The position numbers were made by a program, and so were the translations under genes. DNA of 64,000 nucleotides from a virus: positions 1-64,000 of IMG/VR virus record IMGVR_UViG_3300002231_001563. The stretch is one strand, 5' to 3'. A model generated the notes under the pieces. It made no database searches. It was not told the DNA's origin and saw only the letters and a program-made list of their open reading frames with translations. The stretch's first letter is position 1; the number at the start of each line of letters is the position of its first letter. This document shows, in pieces, positions 32,786 through 44,248 of the stretch.

Positions 32786-34485
32786 AAATCAATGACACCA
32801 TTGATCGCCTGGATAAAACCAATCGCGAAAGCGGAATTTACCAGGCCCGCGCTGCTTTGGAGCAAGTATTCCAAGACAGCTATTATTTGGATACCAAAAG
32901 AGCTTACGAAGCTGTAGTTCTTTACAGGGAAGAGGTTTATCCTCCAGAAGCTTCGTCAGCTATGGCTAGAGAAATTATAGGTTATCCCTATACCGCACTA
33001 GGCTCGCCCGGAATCCAATATTATAAAATTTATTTTCGCATTCCATCTTTACATAAATTCTTGCCACTCCCGTCTTCTTTTAAGGAAGCGTTAGTCAGCA
33101 ACAAATTGGGACTTCAGGCAATGCCCACTAGTGAAAAGGATGCCTCTGAGCGCGGCTTATCGAACGAATTTTACTCCTTAATGAACACTACCAAGTCTAA
33201 ACTAACAACTTCAGCACTAGATGATTTATTAATTAAGAGCCATCCTCACATTATTGTTTCCGAAAAGGATTTAGAAGCCGCCTCAAACATCCTCCCGGAT
33301 CCGATGGATACTATCGAAATTAGATTTACGACTCCTAATTATACTGCCGCCTCTTTTGTGGGGTTCCTGGAAAAAGGGCCCAATGCAGTATTCTACAAGA
33401 AATCGCCATCGGGCGACATTGTTATGTCTCCGAAGTCATTGGCCGATTATGACACTTTGAATTTTAAAAAAATTTATAAGGAAAAGGTGAAAGCATGTCA
33501 TGGATCCGAAGATGGCTCTTTGGCACGCCTAGCTTCCGAAATTGGTTTTGAGGATCCCTATATTTTGGTAGCAATACGCAAAAAGGAAAGTAACGGAGAC
33601 CCCCAGGCGGTACGTTTTGAGCCCAATTTATTTCTCTCTTCCGGAAGGCCAGGTAATGGTAATGAACTACGCCACATTCCAAAAAATTGGGAAACTTATG
33701 GATATAAGCTAAAAACAATCTATATTAATGTCGATGGAAAAGCTAGAAAATATTTTACTTATGAACCCAGCGATTCTAATTATGATCCCTTATCTGGAGA
33801 ATCTTATAGCTCTTATATTAAACCAATTATGGACAATCCCAACGGCGCCGTGATGCGATCTGGCGGCATTAAATACCTCCTTCCCGACACCTTCTATAAT
33901 TTAAAGGGCTCAACACAGCAGTTGATAGGAGGAAAATCAGTAGTTGTATGGGACCCCAGCGACAAATGGGACGATAAATTAATAGCTCAAGGATCTTCCG
34001 GAACTAATCAATCAGCTTTTATGAACGCTTATAAATTGGATCCAGCAAGAGCCATAAAAAGCACATCATTTGGTATGTATCAGGTAATGGGCTGGGCCCT
34101 CCTTCGAGCTAATGACGAGAGTCCCACTAAGGCATTGGATGCTTTTTTAACTGACCCTCTTCATGCGAGCGAAACAACTCTGAAAGGATTTTTTACCCGC
34201 GCGGATAAGCAGAAAGTAATTCCCCTCATGAATCAAGAATCGCCCCCTTCTGACGCGTCGTGGACAGCATTCGCCAAAGCCTATAATGGCCCAAAGTGTT
34301 GTGGTATGAAAGAAAGCGGCTTTTTGTTGACAGAAGAGGAGCTAAGTCGAAAGGGTCAAAAAAAATATGATGTCGATATTAAGAAGAAATATGAGGCAGC
34401 CCTCAAGGAATGTGATATTAATTTGGATACCTCCGAAACGCTGCACCCATATGACGATCCATATACCACGGTTCCGTTGATGTGA
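32782..34485 (+). CDS. Virion-associated lysin with DUF3380-like N-acetylmuramidase domain
   Basis: AIRKKESNG (catalytic Glu), RFEP, STSFGMYQVMG, WTAFAKAYNGP. Confidence 0.75.
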   Translation: MKINDTIDRLDKTNRESGIYQARAALEQVFQDSYYLDTKRAYEAVVLYREEVYPPEASSAMAREIIGYPYTALGSPGIQYYKIYFRIPSLHKFLPLPSSFKEALVSNKLGLQAMPTSEKDASERGLSNEFYSLMNTTKSKLTTSALDDLLIKSHPHIIVSEKDLEAASNILPDPMDTIEIRFTTPNYTAASFVGFLEKGPNAVFYKKSPSGDIVMSPKSLADYDTLNFKKIYKEKVKACHGSEDGSLARLASEIGFEDPYILVAIRKKESNGDPQAVRFEPNLFLSSGRPGNGNELRHIPKNWETYGYKLKTIYINVDGKARKYFTYEPSDSNYDPLSGESYSSYIKPIMDNPNGAVMRSGGIKYLLPDTFYNLKGSTQQLIGGKSVVVWDPSDKWDDKLIAQGSSGTNQSAFMNAYKLDPARAIKSTSFGMYQVMGWALLRANDESPTKALDAFLTDPLHASETTLKGFFTRADKQKVIPLMNQESPPSDASWTAFAKAYNGPKCCGMKESGFLLTEEELSRKGQKKYDVDIKKKYEAALKECDINLDTSETLHPYDDPYTTVPLM

Positions 34486-34494
34486 GAATAAGAA

Positions 34495-35451
34495 ATGAAA
34501 AAAGAGACAAGAAAAGCACGAATATTAGAAAACCTACCAGATGACTATAAATCTGTCCCGGGCGAAGTAAATACTAGAAATCCATCCGCCGGCCTCAATG
34601 TCAATAATATAGTGGAACCAGTACCCTCATATATTAGAGGCGCTTCAGAGGTAGTCTTAAGCAATCCCAATAACGCTTGGATCATTTTAGGCCGCGACCG
34701 ACCATCATCCCGCGTAAGTGGGTACGGAGGAGCAGGCGGAACCCAATGTGCTTCTATTGATTTAGTAGTGGGGAGGATGTCTTCTACGGAAGGAGGTCCG
34801 AGGTCGGGAGCATATGTAGATCCCAATTTTGAATCGGATGCTGCTCGTATCTATGTTAGTCAGAAAACAGATATTGATAAGAATTTTAATCTTGTTGCCG
34901 GAAATGTAGGCACCTCCAAGGCTAAGTCTGGAATCGGCATTAAAGCAGATGGCGTTCGTATTGTGGGCAGGGAGGGGATAAAATTAGTAACCAATACTGA
35001 TCCTAAAAACTCCCAAGGTGGAAAAATTAAAACTACTTATGGTATTGACTTGATCGCCGGTAATGATGATTCTAAACAAAAAGTCAAAGGAAAGCCTTTT
35101 GGAGACAAAGTGGATTTTTTGCAGCCAATTGTGAAGGGAGATAATCTGACCGACGCCCTGTCCGAAATGGCTGATCAAATAGGAGATTTAGCGACTAGAT
35201 TCAATGAGTTTGCTAAAAATCAGGTAAAATATAATGCGGCCCTTGCAACCCACATACATCCCCACCCAATGGGTCCTACCCTGCCTTCTATCGAGCTGAC
35301 TCCTACTTATTTGCAGGTAAATACTCAACAATTTGTCAATTCTTTGGCGACAGATTGGTCCCAGCACGTCAATTTATCTAATTTTAAGAACAACTATTTA
35401 AAACCTTATGGAGATAGGTGGGTGTGCAGCCGGTATAACAGGACAACCTAA
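34495..35451 (+). CDS. Baseplate spike/hub-like protein (gpV/gp5-type)
   Basis: Beta-strand repeats (IGIKADGVRIVG) and C-terminal ATHIHPHP HxH metal-binding tip motif; lies upstream of the gp25/gp6-like genes. Confidence 0.6.
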   Translation: MKKETRKARILENLPDDYKSVPGEVNTRNPSAGLNVNNIVEPVPSYIRGASEVVLSNPNNAWIILGRDRPSSRVSGYGGAGGTQCASIDLVVGRMSSTEGGPRSGAYVDPNFESDAARIYVSQKTDIDKNFNLVAGNVGTSKAKSGIGIKADGVRIVGREGIKLVTNTDPKNSQGGKIKTTYGIDLIAGNDDSKQKVKGKPFGDKVDFLQPIVKGDNLTDALSEMADQIGDLATRFNEFAKNQVKYNAALATHIHPHPMGPTLPSIELTPTYLQVNTQQFVNSLATDWSQHVNLSNFKNNYLKPYGDRWVCSRYNRTT

Positions 35452-38400
35452 ATGAGTGTTTATGATGAAATAGCCTTGGGAATATCCCAGATGAATCCCA
35501 TGCGCAAGACTTTGGCAGAGGTAAATAAGCTTGCTTATAAGGGTAAAATAAATCCCACAAAAAGTCAGCTAGACTTTATAGAAATCTCCGAAGAAAAGCC
35601 GGGCAAAAAGCACGATGAACCATCTCCTGGTACCGACAAGGGCTCTTATTACAAAAAAAGTGATCCTCAAAATGAATCATGGGGATACAATCGGAACTGG
35701 CTTGAGGCGAGAATTATATCTTTTGGCTCCGAGGCATTAACTGATTTTTTGTGGAAGCCCCTGTGGGACGCCACAAAATCAACGTCTGAAAGAATTGTTT
35801 TACAGCCCGGCCTTTTTAGAAAAGAGGATCTATTTTATTTTTATGCCGGAGTCTTCCAGCGCCTTTTGGATCCCAAGTATAAGAAATATGCGAAGCTCGG
35901 CGCCTCTACTTTGGGATCTCCCAGCATATCGTCTGGCGATGATAATATGAGATACGACCCCCTCATTACGATGATCCCCGCAGCTTTTGAGGATTATGTT
36001 ACTCTGGGCCATGAATTTGGATCCTATCCGGGCGTGTTTGGCCTTGGGCCAGAAAAAATATATGTCACCAAACATAATTACGCTGTATCTGTATCCAACC
36101 AAATTGAGAATAGCACAGTACGCACAAGTTGGTATCATTTAATGGACCATCGCTCGTATTCGGCTGGAGGCGGGGCTGATGGCAAGGATGGATTATTAAA
36201 AGACGAACTAATGTCCTTAAAGGAAATTCAGGGATTATTTTCTCTTGAGATGATATTAAACCTTCGAGACGATATCGAGAACAATAAAGTTTTATATAAA
36301 GATTATGAAAGCCAATGGCTTATACCAACATTTAGTATTGACACTTTTTTGGGCCCCGGCGCCCGCATCAATTATGACCAGGCTTATCTATTCTGGACTT
36401 CTTTTTTAGACGAACTCGAAGGTATAGTGTCTGATGAGGCAGGCGAAGAAGCCGTGGCAGCAGCCACAGAAGCCTCCGATATCTTCCTCTTTGATCCAAA
36501 TGCCTGCAAAGTAGATATAACAGATCCCATCCCACCAGAATGTGATCCCCCGTGTGTTCCCAATCCGAAAGGTTCTTCCACTATATGGCAAGATTTACCA
36601 GATCGGCAGCCTTTCTCTAACGATGAGGTGTGTGAAACGTGGGTATCCCTCACCACCCAATATACAGATGCCATAACAAAAACAACCTCTGAAATCATTA
36701 ATGAATATATATCTGAGGGAATTGAGCTAATACTCCAGGGAGCCGGAAAATCTTCGGACGAAGCTACTATTATCTCGCTGGCATCCTCTACAGTGACTGA
36801 ATTTTTTATGGATTTCAGGAACCTATCTCATGCCAAGGTTCTCGTAAGAATTCCTTATAGCGCAACTTTGCCAATAGAGGACAAACCTCCAAAAACATCC
36901 AGCGAGACTACCGATTCTGCAGAATTTTCATTAAATGTGGTACTTGATGCCTCTGATCTCCGGGGAACTGGGAGTATGTTAAATCTTGTCAGTAGGGCAA
37001 TTGGCCGCAAATACGCCGCCCAATATGAAATTGCCCGAGAAATGGGACAATTATCGGGATTGCCACAAAATATTCTCCTAGGAAAAGAAGGCCCCCGTAT
37101 AAGAGAATTTAAAAAAGAATTAATAAAATTATTAAAAAGTCAGGGTTTTCGATTCAACCCCGCTCGAAAAAAGATAGGAACCCTAGAGGCCGTCGAAATC
37201 GGTTTTGCTGAAAATTTTACCTCTGTTGAATATGTTAAAGCCAACAACATCGGCTGTGACCCGGTCGAGCTGACACAGCAAGCAGGCTGGAACACTTTCA
37301 AATCTTCAGCGCCCGCGACTTATCCCACCACTTTGGCGTTTGTGGCAAACGCGCCCTCTATATTCGATGCTATTACTTCTGATTCACCCCCATCTGTATC
37401 TGATTTTTTGAAACAATATTTCTTCCCCCGTCCCCCCGCTAGAGCCGGCCAAGACTTAGAGTTAGCTGAATCACTCACTAACGAAGAGGGGTGTACAGCG
37501 AGCGACGTCGCTAAGCACTTAACAAAGCCAGCCCTAATTTTAGGATCCGAAGTAGCTGGAACAATATTATCATATCCCGAATTAGTGGTATCTACTCTCG
37601 GAGACACTGCGTGCCTTGATTTAGAGGGAAAAAAGGCTCAAGATGAGAAATTTAATGCCCTCGAAGAAATTGAAAAGAGGTGGAAAGATGTTGATTTGCG
37701 GAGATATTTTAGTGGCGACGGGGTCTTAGAGGACCTCCCCCACAAGCTGGATGAGGTAACTAATTTAAAGGAGCTTTACGGCGAAATCATAAATAAGCTG
37801 GGGGTATGTGGAATATCCGCCCTCGTTATGGACGCGCTTGGCTGCTTGGTGAAAGGGTTGGATCTCGGAGACTCGATGGAGGGTCTTGTGCGCTCATTTA
37901 TTACTTCCGCTACCGATAAAGAGATGGAAAAATTATATTTCCGACTCAATCCAGCCCTGCAGCAATTTATTCGCGATTCGGTTTCCGAGCTGACTTCAAT
38001 TCCCCTTCCCTGGGAAGCTGGGTATCGAGAGGGTAGTTACAAGGCAGCGGGCACAACATTCTCGGCTGATTATGTATCTAACGGTACATCCCTGGACGAT
38101 CGTCTAGCTAAGACTTCTTCCGAAGCCGATTCCTATACAACTGTCACGGTTGACGATGAATTGCGAATGTTTCGCGCAAAATCAAAAACGACCATGGAAG
38201 AACAAAGGGAAAAGTTTAGCTCCTTCACTCCCATCCCTCTTACTAATACTGATGGCTCACCCATTTTAGATGAAGATGGTAACCCCATAATCATAACTAG
38301 CCCTGAAGGCGTGACACCCGCTCCAGGCCTAGGTCCCCGTAAATTCGCAGGCCCATTCGCTCATGCCGGATCTGTAGGTACTGCACTAGATAATATCCAA

Positions 38401-41400
38401 GACAACGCTATCCGCTACTTAAAGGAGGCTATATTTAAGGCCATCGAGGAAAATATAATTTCAGCCGACGCATTTATAGCAGCGATTGATAAGATTCCGG
38501 GCGGCTCACTGGTTAAAAATGTAATTACTGAAGTATTGGACTGTCCCCTTCCTCCTTTGTTCTCGCCTCCCTTAGATGATATTCTCAAGACTCTGGAATT
38601 AGATTTCTGTGATGGCCATTATGCAATCACACTGCCAGTTGTTCCCAAGATGCGCACCCGCCCATTCATGGGAGATATAAAGACGGTCCTCATAGAATCC
38701 GCAGAGGAAGCGCTAGAAAGGCTTGTGGCTCAATCTGTTATTGCTATCATAAGGAAAATCATAGAAGTGTCGCTTAATGCCACTTGCGAAGTGATTACCG
38801 ACACCGCTGGAATGATTCAGGATTTGGCGGGAGGGTCAAGCTTTAGGGAAATCGTGGCTAATAATTTATGCGGCGATAATTTAAATGAAGATGCTTTAAA
38901 CGCGAGCCTAAATCAGCTCAATGATGCATTGGGGTCACTGGGACTCCCGGCCGTACCTAAGCCTAGTGACCAGGAGATGGGAGAATTCATGGATGGGATC
39001 TCCGCTATCTTAACCCAGGATGAACTTATGGGCCTTTTGGATGGAGACCCGGACGCGCGCACAGTCGCCTATGTAAGGCAAGTCGTAGGCATGATTCCTA
39101 GCTTATCGGCTGCTTTACCCTCGGATCTCGATATTCAAAATATGTTTGCAGGGCTTGGTAAAGTCTTTGACCGCGAAGCTATACGAGATAAGATGCCCAA
39201 TTCCTATAGGCCCGTAAGCCCTTCAGTATGTGCCTCTCCCCAGCATCTAGAATTATTTGATGAATTAAGGTGCTCCATCCTGAGAGAAAAGGGCCTAACT
39301 CCGGAGCAGTGCGAAGAACAACTAACCAAGCTCAAAGAACAAACCAAAAAAGACTTTGATGATTTAGCTGATTTGTTGAATGAAAACTATTTCGATGTGA
39401 ATGTTTTAGGAGACCCTGAGTGTTCCGATAGTGGAATTTATGCGGGCGAAGACCCAGCTACGAAAAAACAAGCCCAAGAACTGTTTTCCTCCAACTATGA
39501 TGTAATTAATACGACTTTATTAACTGAACTTACGTCTCGTCGTGGCCTCCTAAACATGATATTATCCGACACGCGCGGTACTGGCTACAAAAAACATAAT
39601 GAATTTTGGGTTAACTTCTTTGGCCAATCACTTAGTAAAGATCTGGGGCCTTTCGGGTTCTATATTGACGCAGAGACTGGGGGTTCCGGTTCATCGGCCT
39701 TCGTGAACTTGCTTGGCGGCCCCTATGGTGCCTATCCCGATGAGGTGGCTCCGTATTTGAAAGACATTTTAGGCGGGACGCTTGCGGTGAATTTTGTTAA
39801 TGATACTATTCCCAACCTCACTCTGGCTTTCGATAATTGGGATAAGGATTTCGGTGCACCCGACTGGCTAAATGTAGATTATAGCTACATTGCTCCGAGT
39901 GGACACGTCCAGATTGGCATCTATTCGGACGATGACGGCTTCGGCGATCCTATCATCTTCAATACTGTTCCTGGAATTAGCACTGCCACGCAAGAATATA
40001 TCGCAGCGCTACCCCCCACTCCATTTGCAACCCCCGAGGCATCAACATTTGCCTCTTTTATTTCCACTGCTTGGTCTCCGTATACCACCAACCAACTAGA
40101 GGGCATCGAAAAGCACGCCTATGAAATTTTATTTCCTTATTTGACGTCTAAATCGGTGGAAAAAATTGCTCTGAAGATGTCTTCTAATGCGAGAGCCTTT
40201 AACTTTGGCTTCAACGAGAATGCTGAATATACTACGGTCGATTTAGACCCCGCAGTTTATGGAGGGAGTGAAAAAAATCCCTATTTTTACGTTAAAAGTC
40301 CGGTCCATTCCGGATGGGTCGGCCTTTATGATAAAATAATTCCTGAAGTGGACGGATGCACCCCGAATACAATCGTTAATTTCAATTCAATCTCTTCCCA
40401 GACAGCAGATTATAATGACAAACTCCCTCCAGATCCTCGCTTAGAGATTCCTGAATCCTGTGCGTTGGATGGGGAGCGCCCTTATGACCGCATAATGCCC
40501 AAAGAGACTCTAGCAGGTACTGATGGCGCGATCCAAGCAACGGTGCGGCTCTATATTTTGGAAGCATTTTTATCGGGAATGCCTGCATTTTCCCTATTCC
40601 AGCCTTCTTTTCCTGATGTTTTTAACGAAACTCTCTTAAATTATATTGCATCTACTCTGAAGGTAGGTTTATTAGAAACAGGATTAAATTTCCGAAGCAA
40701 AAAGAGTAAAGAAAGATATTATTATACGTTTTTAGAAGAAGTGGTCCAAAATTTTGGTAAAAAAGTAGATTTAGGCCTCATTTCTCCTACATCGCAACAA
40801 ATTGCCGCGATGGAAAAGATCAATAGTGTCCAATCATGCTGGACTAATCCCAAAAGGGGCCTCTATTATCAAAAAAGACGCAAAGAACAATACTTAAATT
40901 ATCTCAAAGCAACTGAATCAAGCGCGCTGATTCTTCTTCAACATTATATTCGAGAGCAATTTGAAGAGGTAGCTCAATTATTTAAAGAAATAATGACCCC
41001 CTCCATTCCTAATTTGGAAAGCTGGATTTTCGGCTCTCCAACTTGGATGTTCGCCGGCGCCATCAGCGCTGGAGGGCCTCTGGATGTAGCTACGGACCCC
41101 TCTAATTTGAGTGATCCCACGACGGCCATTATTATGGGTCTCACGCCCACCACCTTGAGTCATGCAAAGAGTTCGGAGTTCGGCAACGGATTTTTTCCTT
41201 TTATTTTGGAGAAATATATAAAAGTTACTCCCCAGGGAGATTTCTTTGGTGCAGGATCGGAGCCTCAAATCTTTGGTCTCGAATGGTGGCGCACGTATTT
41301 AGACGCTGGCTACGGCGTACCTACAGCAGGATCCCTCATTACTGAAAATTATAAAGAATGGAGTTATGGAATCCGCATTTCTATTCTTCTCCCGGAAGAT

Positions 41401-42012
41401 ATTAACACAGGAGGCTCCACGGGATTAAAATCCAAGGCAGATTTTGACAACTCCATCTCGGCCGCATCCGTGGGTCGCATAAAATCTCTTAAATTTGGCC
41501 CCGATCTTGCGAGTCGTCGCTATGTGGTCCCAGTCGCATCCGCCGAAGTGCCCATTCCTGGAGACACAATCCTGGAGAGTTCTTTAATCGACGCTTATGA
41601 CATTAATTGTATGATAGGGGAACTCATCCAGACGCCCGAATATGAAACTCTTTTTAAATATTCCCTCCCTCTTCAAACTTTATTATCATTAATAACTATT
41701 TATTGTATTGAGACTTTTACATTATCCATTGGACAAGAGTGGAAAAAGCCAGGGGGTACGCCTGGTAGTCAATTTAGAAGGTGGGACAAGACAGCCAATT
41801 TCAAAAAAACAAAGAAAAACTTAAGGCGCCTTTTTGAATCTTTTTATCACGCGCGAGATGCCTCCTATGAAGACGAGGAGGAAGAGAGCGAGGAAGAAAA
41901 GACGCTCAAAAAGGTGAGGGTTAAGAAAAAATTACCCAATAGTACAGATATTAAATGGTGGAAAAAGCGCAAACAAGTGCCTAAACCCGCCGACGAATGT
42001 GAGGAGGAATAA
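35452..42012 (+). CDS. Very large hypothetical virion protein, 2186 aa
   Basis: Uninterrupted ORF between spike and gp25-like genes; no recognised domain. Confidence 0.7.
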   Translation: MSVYDEIALGISQMNPMRKTLAEVNKLAYKGKINPTKSQLDFIEISEEKPGKKHDEPSPGTDKGSYYKKSDPQNESWGYNRNWLEARIISFGSEALTDFLWKPLWDATKSTSERIVLQPGLFRKEDLFYFYAGVFQRLLDPKYKKYAKLGASTLGSPSISSGDDNMRYDPLITMIPAAFEDYVTLGHEFGSYPGVFGLGPEKIYVTKHNYAVSVSNQIENSTVRTSWYHLMDHRSYSAGGGADGKDGLLKDELMSLKEIQGLFSLEMILNLRDDIENNKVLYKDYESQWLIPTFSIDTFLGPGARINYDQAYLFWTSFLDELEGIVSDEAGEEAVAAATEASDIFLFDPNACKVDITDPIPPECDPPCVPNPKGSSTIWQDLPDRQPFSNDEVCETWVSLTTQYTDAITKTTSEIINEYISEGIELILQGAGKSSDEATIISLASSTVTEFFMDFRNLSHAKVLVRIPYSATLPIEDKPPKTSSETTDSAEFSLNVVLDASDLRGTGSMLNLVSRAIGRKYAAQYEIAREMGQLSGLPQNILLGKEGPRIREFKKELIKLLKSQGFRFNPARKKIGTLEAVEIGFAENFTSVEYVKANNIGCDPVELTQQAGWNTFKSSAPATYPTTLAFVANAPSIFDAITSDSPPSVSDFLKQYFFPRPPARAGQDLELAESLTNEEGCTASDVAKHLTKPALILGSEVAGTILSYPELVVSTLGDTACLDLEGKKAQDEKFNALEEIEKRWKDVDLRRYFSGDGVLEDLPHKLDEVTNLKELYGEIINKLGVCGISALVMDALGCLVKGLDLGDSMEGLVRSFITSATDKEMEKLYFRLNPALQQFIRDSVSELTSIPLPWEAGYREGSYKAAGTTFSADYVSNGTSLDDRLAKTSSEADSYTTVTVDDELRMFRAKSKTTMEEQREKFSSFTPIPLTNTDGSPILDEDGNPIIITSPEGVTPAPGLGPRKFAGPFAHAGSVGTALDNIQDNAIRYLKEAIFKAIEENIISADAFIAAIDKIPGGSLVKNVITEVLDCPLPPLFSPPLDDILKTLELDFCDGHYAITLPVVPKMRTRPFMGDIKTVLIESAEEALERLVAQSVIAIIRKIIEVSLNATCEVITDTAGMIQDLAGGSSFREIVANNLCGDNLNEDALNASLNQLNDALGSLGLPAVPKPSDQEMGEFMDGISAILTQDELMGLLDGDPDARTVAYVRQVVGMIPSLSAALPSDLDIQNMFAGLGKVFDREAIRDKMPNSYRPVSPSVCASPQHLELFDELRCSILREKGLTPEQCEEQLTKLKEQTKKDFDDLADLLNENYFDVNVLGDPECSDSGIYAGEDPATKKQAQELFSSNYDVINTTLLTELTSRRGLLNMILSDTRGTGYKKHNEFWVNFFGQSLSKDLGPFGFYIDAETGGSGSSAFVNLLGGPYGAYPDEVAPYLKDILGGTLAVNFVNDTIPNLTLAFDNWDKDFGAPDWLNVDYSYIAPSGHVQIGIYSDDDGFGDPIIFNTVPGISTATQEYIAALPPTPFATPEASTFASFISTAWSPYTTNQLEGIEKHAYEILFPYLTSKSVEKIALKMSSNARAFNFGFNENAEYTTVDLDPAVYGGSEKNPYFYVKSPVHSGWVGLYDKIIPEVDGCTPNTIVNFNSISSQTADYNDKLPPDPRLEIPESCALDGERPYDRIMPKETLAGTDGAIQATVRLYILEAFLSGMPAFSLFQPSFPDVFNETLLNYIASTLKVGLLETGLNFRSKKSKERYYYTFLEEVVQNFGKKVDLGLISPTSQQIAAMEKINSVQSCWTNPKRGLYYQKRRKEQYLNYLKATESSALILLQHYIREQFEEVAQLFKEIMTPSIPNLESWIFGSPTWMFAGAISAGGPLDVATDPSNLSDPTTAIIMGLTPTTLSHAKSSEFGNGFFPFILEKYIKVTPQGDFFGAGSEPQIFGLEWWRTYLDAGYGVPTAGSLITENYKEWSYGIRISILLPEDINTGGSTGLKSKADFDNSISAASVGRIKSLKFGPDLASRRYVVPVASAEVPIPGDTILESSLIDAYDINCMIGELIQTPEYETLFKYSLPLQTLLSLITIYCIETFTLSIGQEWKKPGGTPGSQFRRWDKTANFKKTKKNLRRLFESFYHARDASYEDEEEESEEEKTLKKVRVKKKLPNSTDIKWWKKRKQVPKPADECEEE

Positions 42013-42014
42013 AA

Positions 42015-42422
42015 ATGGGAGTAGGAATAGGACCAAAATTACCATTAGTCTATGACAGCACTGATGGTCCCTATTTATTAACAAAGACTCTGAAAGGAGA
42101 GATGGTTCAGAATTTTAAAAATCTGTTACTCACTAATCCTGGCGAAAAGATGATGGACCCCGATTTCGGTGTGGGATTACAATCTTATTTATTCGAAAAT
42201 GCCCACCCCTCTCTTTACGAAGATATTGCTGAAAAGATACGCTCCCAGACCGATAAATATATGAATGCTATTGAGATTGTGGACATTCGTTTCACCGACG
42301 GCGCCGAATGGGCCCCAGATATGCAAACGTCCGCCGATGCACATTCATTATATATTCAGGTGGCCTTCAAAATTCTTCCACGAGAAATCGTAAATGTTTT
42401 GACTTTGCCCCTATTTACTTAA
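42015..42422 (+). CDS. Baseplate wedge protein, T4 gp25-like
   Basis: NLLLTNPGEKMMDPDFGVGLQSYLFE. Confidence 0.9.
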   Translation: MGVGIGPKLPLVYDSTDGPYLLTKTLKGEMVQNFKNLLLTNPGEKMMDPDFGVGLQSYLFENAHPSLYEDIAEKIRSQTDKYMNAIEIVDIRFTDGAEWAPDMQTSADAHSLYIQVAFKILPREIVNVLTLPLFT

Positions 42423-42451
42423 GAAAATAAAATAAAGGAATATTAAAATAA

Positions 42452-44248
42452 ATGGCCGATAAAAAGAAAACTCCCATCCGGTATACTAGTCGAGATTTCG
42501 CATCGATTAAGCAGGATCTGATAGAATATACTAAGACTTATTATCCGGAGTCTTTTCGAGATTTCAGTGAAGCCTCGTTTGGCTCACTGATGCTGGATAC
42601 GGTGTCCTATGTGGGTGATATACTCTCTTTTTATCTCGATTATCAGGCAAACGAATCTTTCCTAGACTCTGCAGCGGAATACAACAATGTACAGCGCCTC
42701 GCGCGCCAATTGGGTTATCGCCAGAAAGGGACCCCCACCTCAAGTGGAGTAGTAAACTTTTTTGTTGTCGTCCCTGCTAATTTGACAGGCCTAGGCCCAG
42801 ATACTACCTATTTACCCATCTTAAAGCGAGGATCTACCTTATCATCTTTGGGTGGTGGAAGTTTTATTCTCAATCACGACATAGATTTCGCCGACCTGCG
42901 CCACGAGGTGGTAGCAGCGCGCATTGATCCAGTGAGCGGCGTCCCTACTAGCTACGCTATTAAAGCGCCTGGACTTGTCCTATCGGGCAAATATGTTCAA
43001 GAAACTTTCGCTGTTGGATCCTACGAGAGATTTAGAAAGTTAGCCTTATCAGTCCCGCGCGTCGCCGAAGTTATTAGTGTTTTTGATTCAGAGGGCAATG
43101 AATATTACGAAGTAAATAATTTATCTCAAGATGTAATTTATAAAGATGTGATTAATCGGGGCTCTGATACAGCGACCGTACCTTCTCTTTTGAGACCTTA
43201 TAGTGTTCCGCGTCGATACGTTGTAGAGTCTCTAGGCCCTACCACATTTCTACAATTTGGTTATGGCTCTGATGATGAAATCGCTGAAGCTTCCCCTGTC
43301 GATCCTTCTAACGTGGTGTTGAAGCAATATGCTAAAGATTATATTAGTGATGAATATTTTGATCCATCGAAGTTAATTTATTCGGACAAGTTTGGTATTT
43401 CTCCAACAAATACTACGCTCGCTATCTCCTATCGTGTAAACACCATCGCGGACGTCAATGCCGCCGCACAATCTGTGTCGGAAGTGAGTAATGCGTTCTG
43501 GTCGTTCAGGGATCTCACAAGCCTCCAACAATCCAAGGTGGAATCAGTAAAAAACTCCATAGAGGCCTCAAATCCGGAACCCATCACAGGGGATATTTCT
43601 CAACCGTCTTCCGAGGAAATTCGCCATAGAGCGATAGACTTTTTTGCCACCCAAAACCGAGCCGTCACGGCCGAAGATTATGAATCTCTGGTTTATAAGA
43701 TGCCTCATAAATTCGGTGCAGTAAAGCGATGTAAAATTCGCCAAGATGAAGGGTCCTTTCGTCGAAATTTAAATCTTTATATTCTGTCAGAAAGTACAAC
43801 AGGACACCTCACTCAAGCTTCTGCGACGTTAAAGAATAATTTAAAAATCTGGCTCAACAAGAACAAGATGATCAACGATACAATAGATATAGTAGACGCC
43901 TATGTGGCAAACGTGGGAATTGATTTTGAAATCATTCATGATCTTAATTATAATAAATACGATGTTCTCAATTCTTGTATCGATGTCTTAGTGAAGCGTT
44001 TTTCTGACCCCCTCTATATTGGAGAGCCTCTCTATATTACGGATGTATATAATTATTTGAATGATGTTATTGGCGTAGTAGATACTACCAAGGTAACCAT
44101 TATGTCTAAACAGGGTGGACTCTATAGTGATGTTTTCTTAGATATGGACGACTTATTATCTCCCGACGGAAGATATGTACAAGCCCCAGATAACGTGGCC
44201 TTTGAAATTAGGTATCCCACTACGGATATCCAAGGAGCAGTTAAATAA
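42452..44248 (+). CDS. Baseplate wedge protein, T4 gp6/baseplate-J-like
   Basis: YTSRDFASIK, YQANESFLDSA, ARQLGY, QNRAVTAEDY. Confidence 0.9.
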   Translation: MADKKKTPIRYTSRDFASIKQDLIEYTKTYYPESFRDFSEASFGSLMLDTVSYVGDILSFYLDYQANESFLDSAAEYNNVQRLARQLGYRQKGTPTSSGVVNFFVVVPANLTGLGPDTTYLPILKRGSTLSSLGGGSFILNHDIDFADLRHEVVAARIDPVSGVPTSYAIKAPGLVLSGKYVQETFAVGSYERFRKLALSVPRVAEVISVFDSEGNEYYEVNNLSQDVIYKDVINRGSDTATVPSLLRPYSVPRRYVVESLGPTTFLQFGYGSDDEIAEASPVDPSNVVLKQYAKDYISDEYFDPSKLIYSDKFGISPTNTTLAISYRVNTIADVNAAAQSVSEVSNAFWSFRDLTSLQQSKVESVKNSIEASNPEPITGDISQPSSEEIRHRAIDFFATQNRAVTAEDYESLVYKMPHKFGAVKRCKIRQDEGSFRRNLNLYILSESTTGHLTQASATLKNNLKIWLNKNKMINDTIDIVDAYVANVGIDFEIIHDLNYNKYDVLNSCIDVLVKRFSDPLYIGEPLYITDVYNYLNDVIGVVDTTKVTIMSKQGGLYSDVFLDMDDLLSPDGRYVQAPDNVAFEIRYPTTDIQGAVK

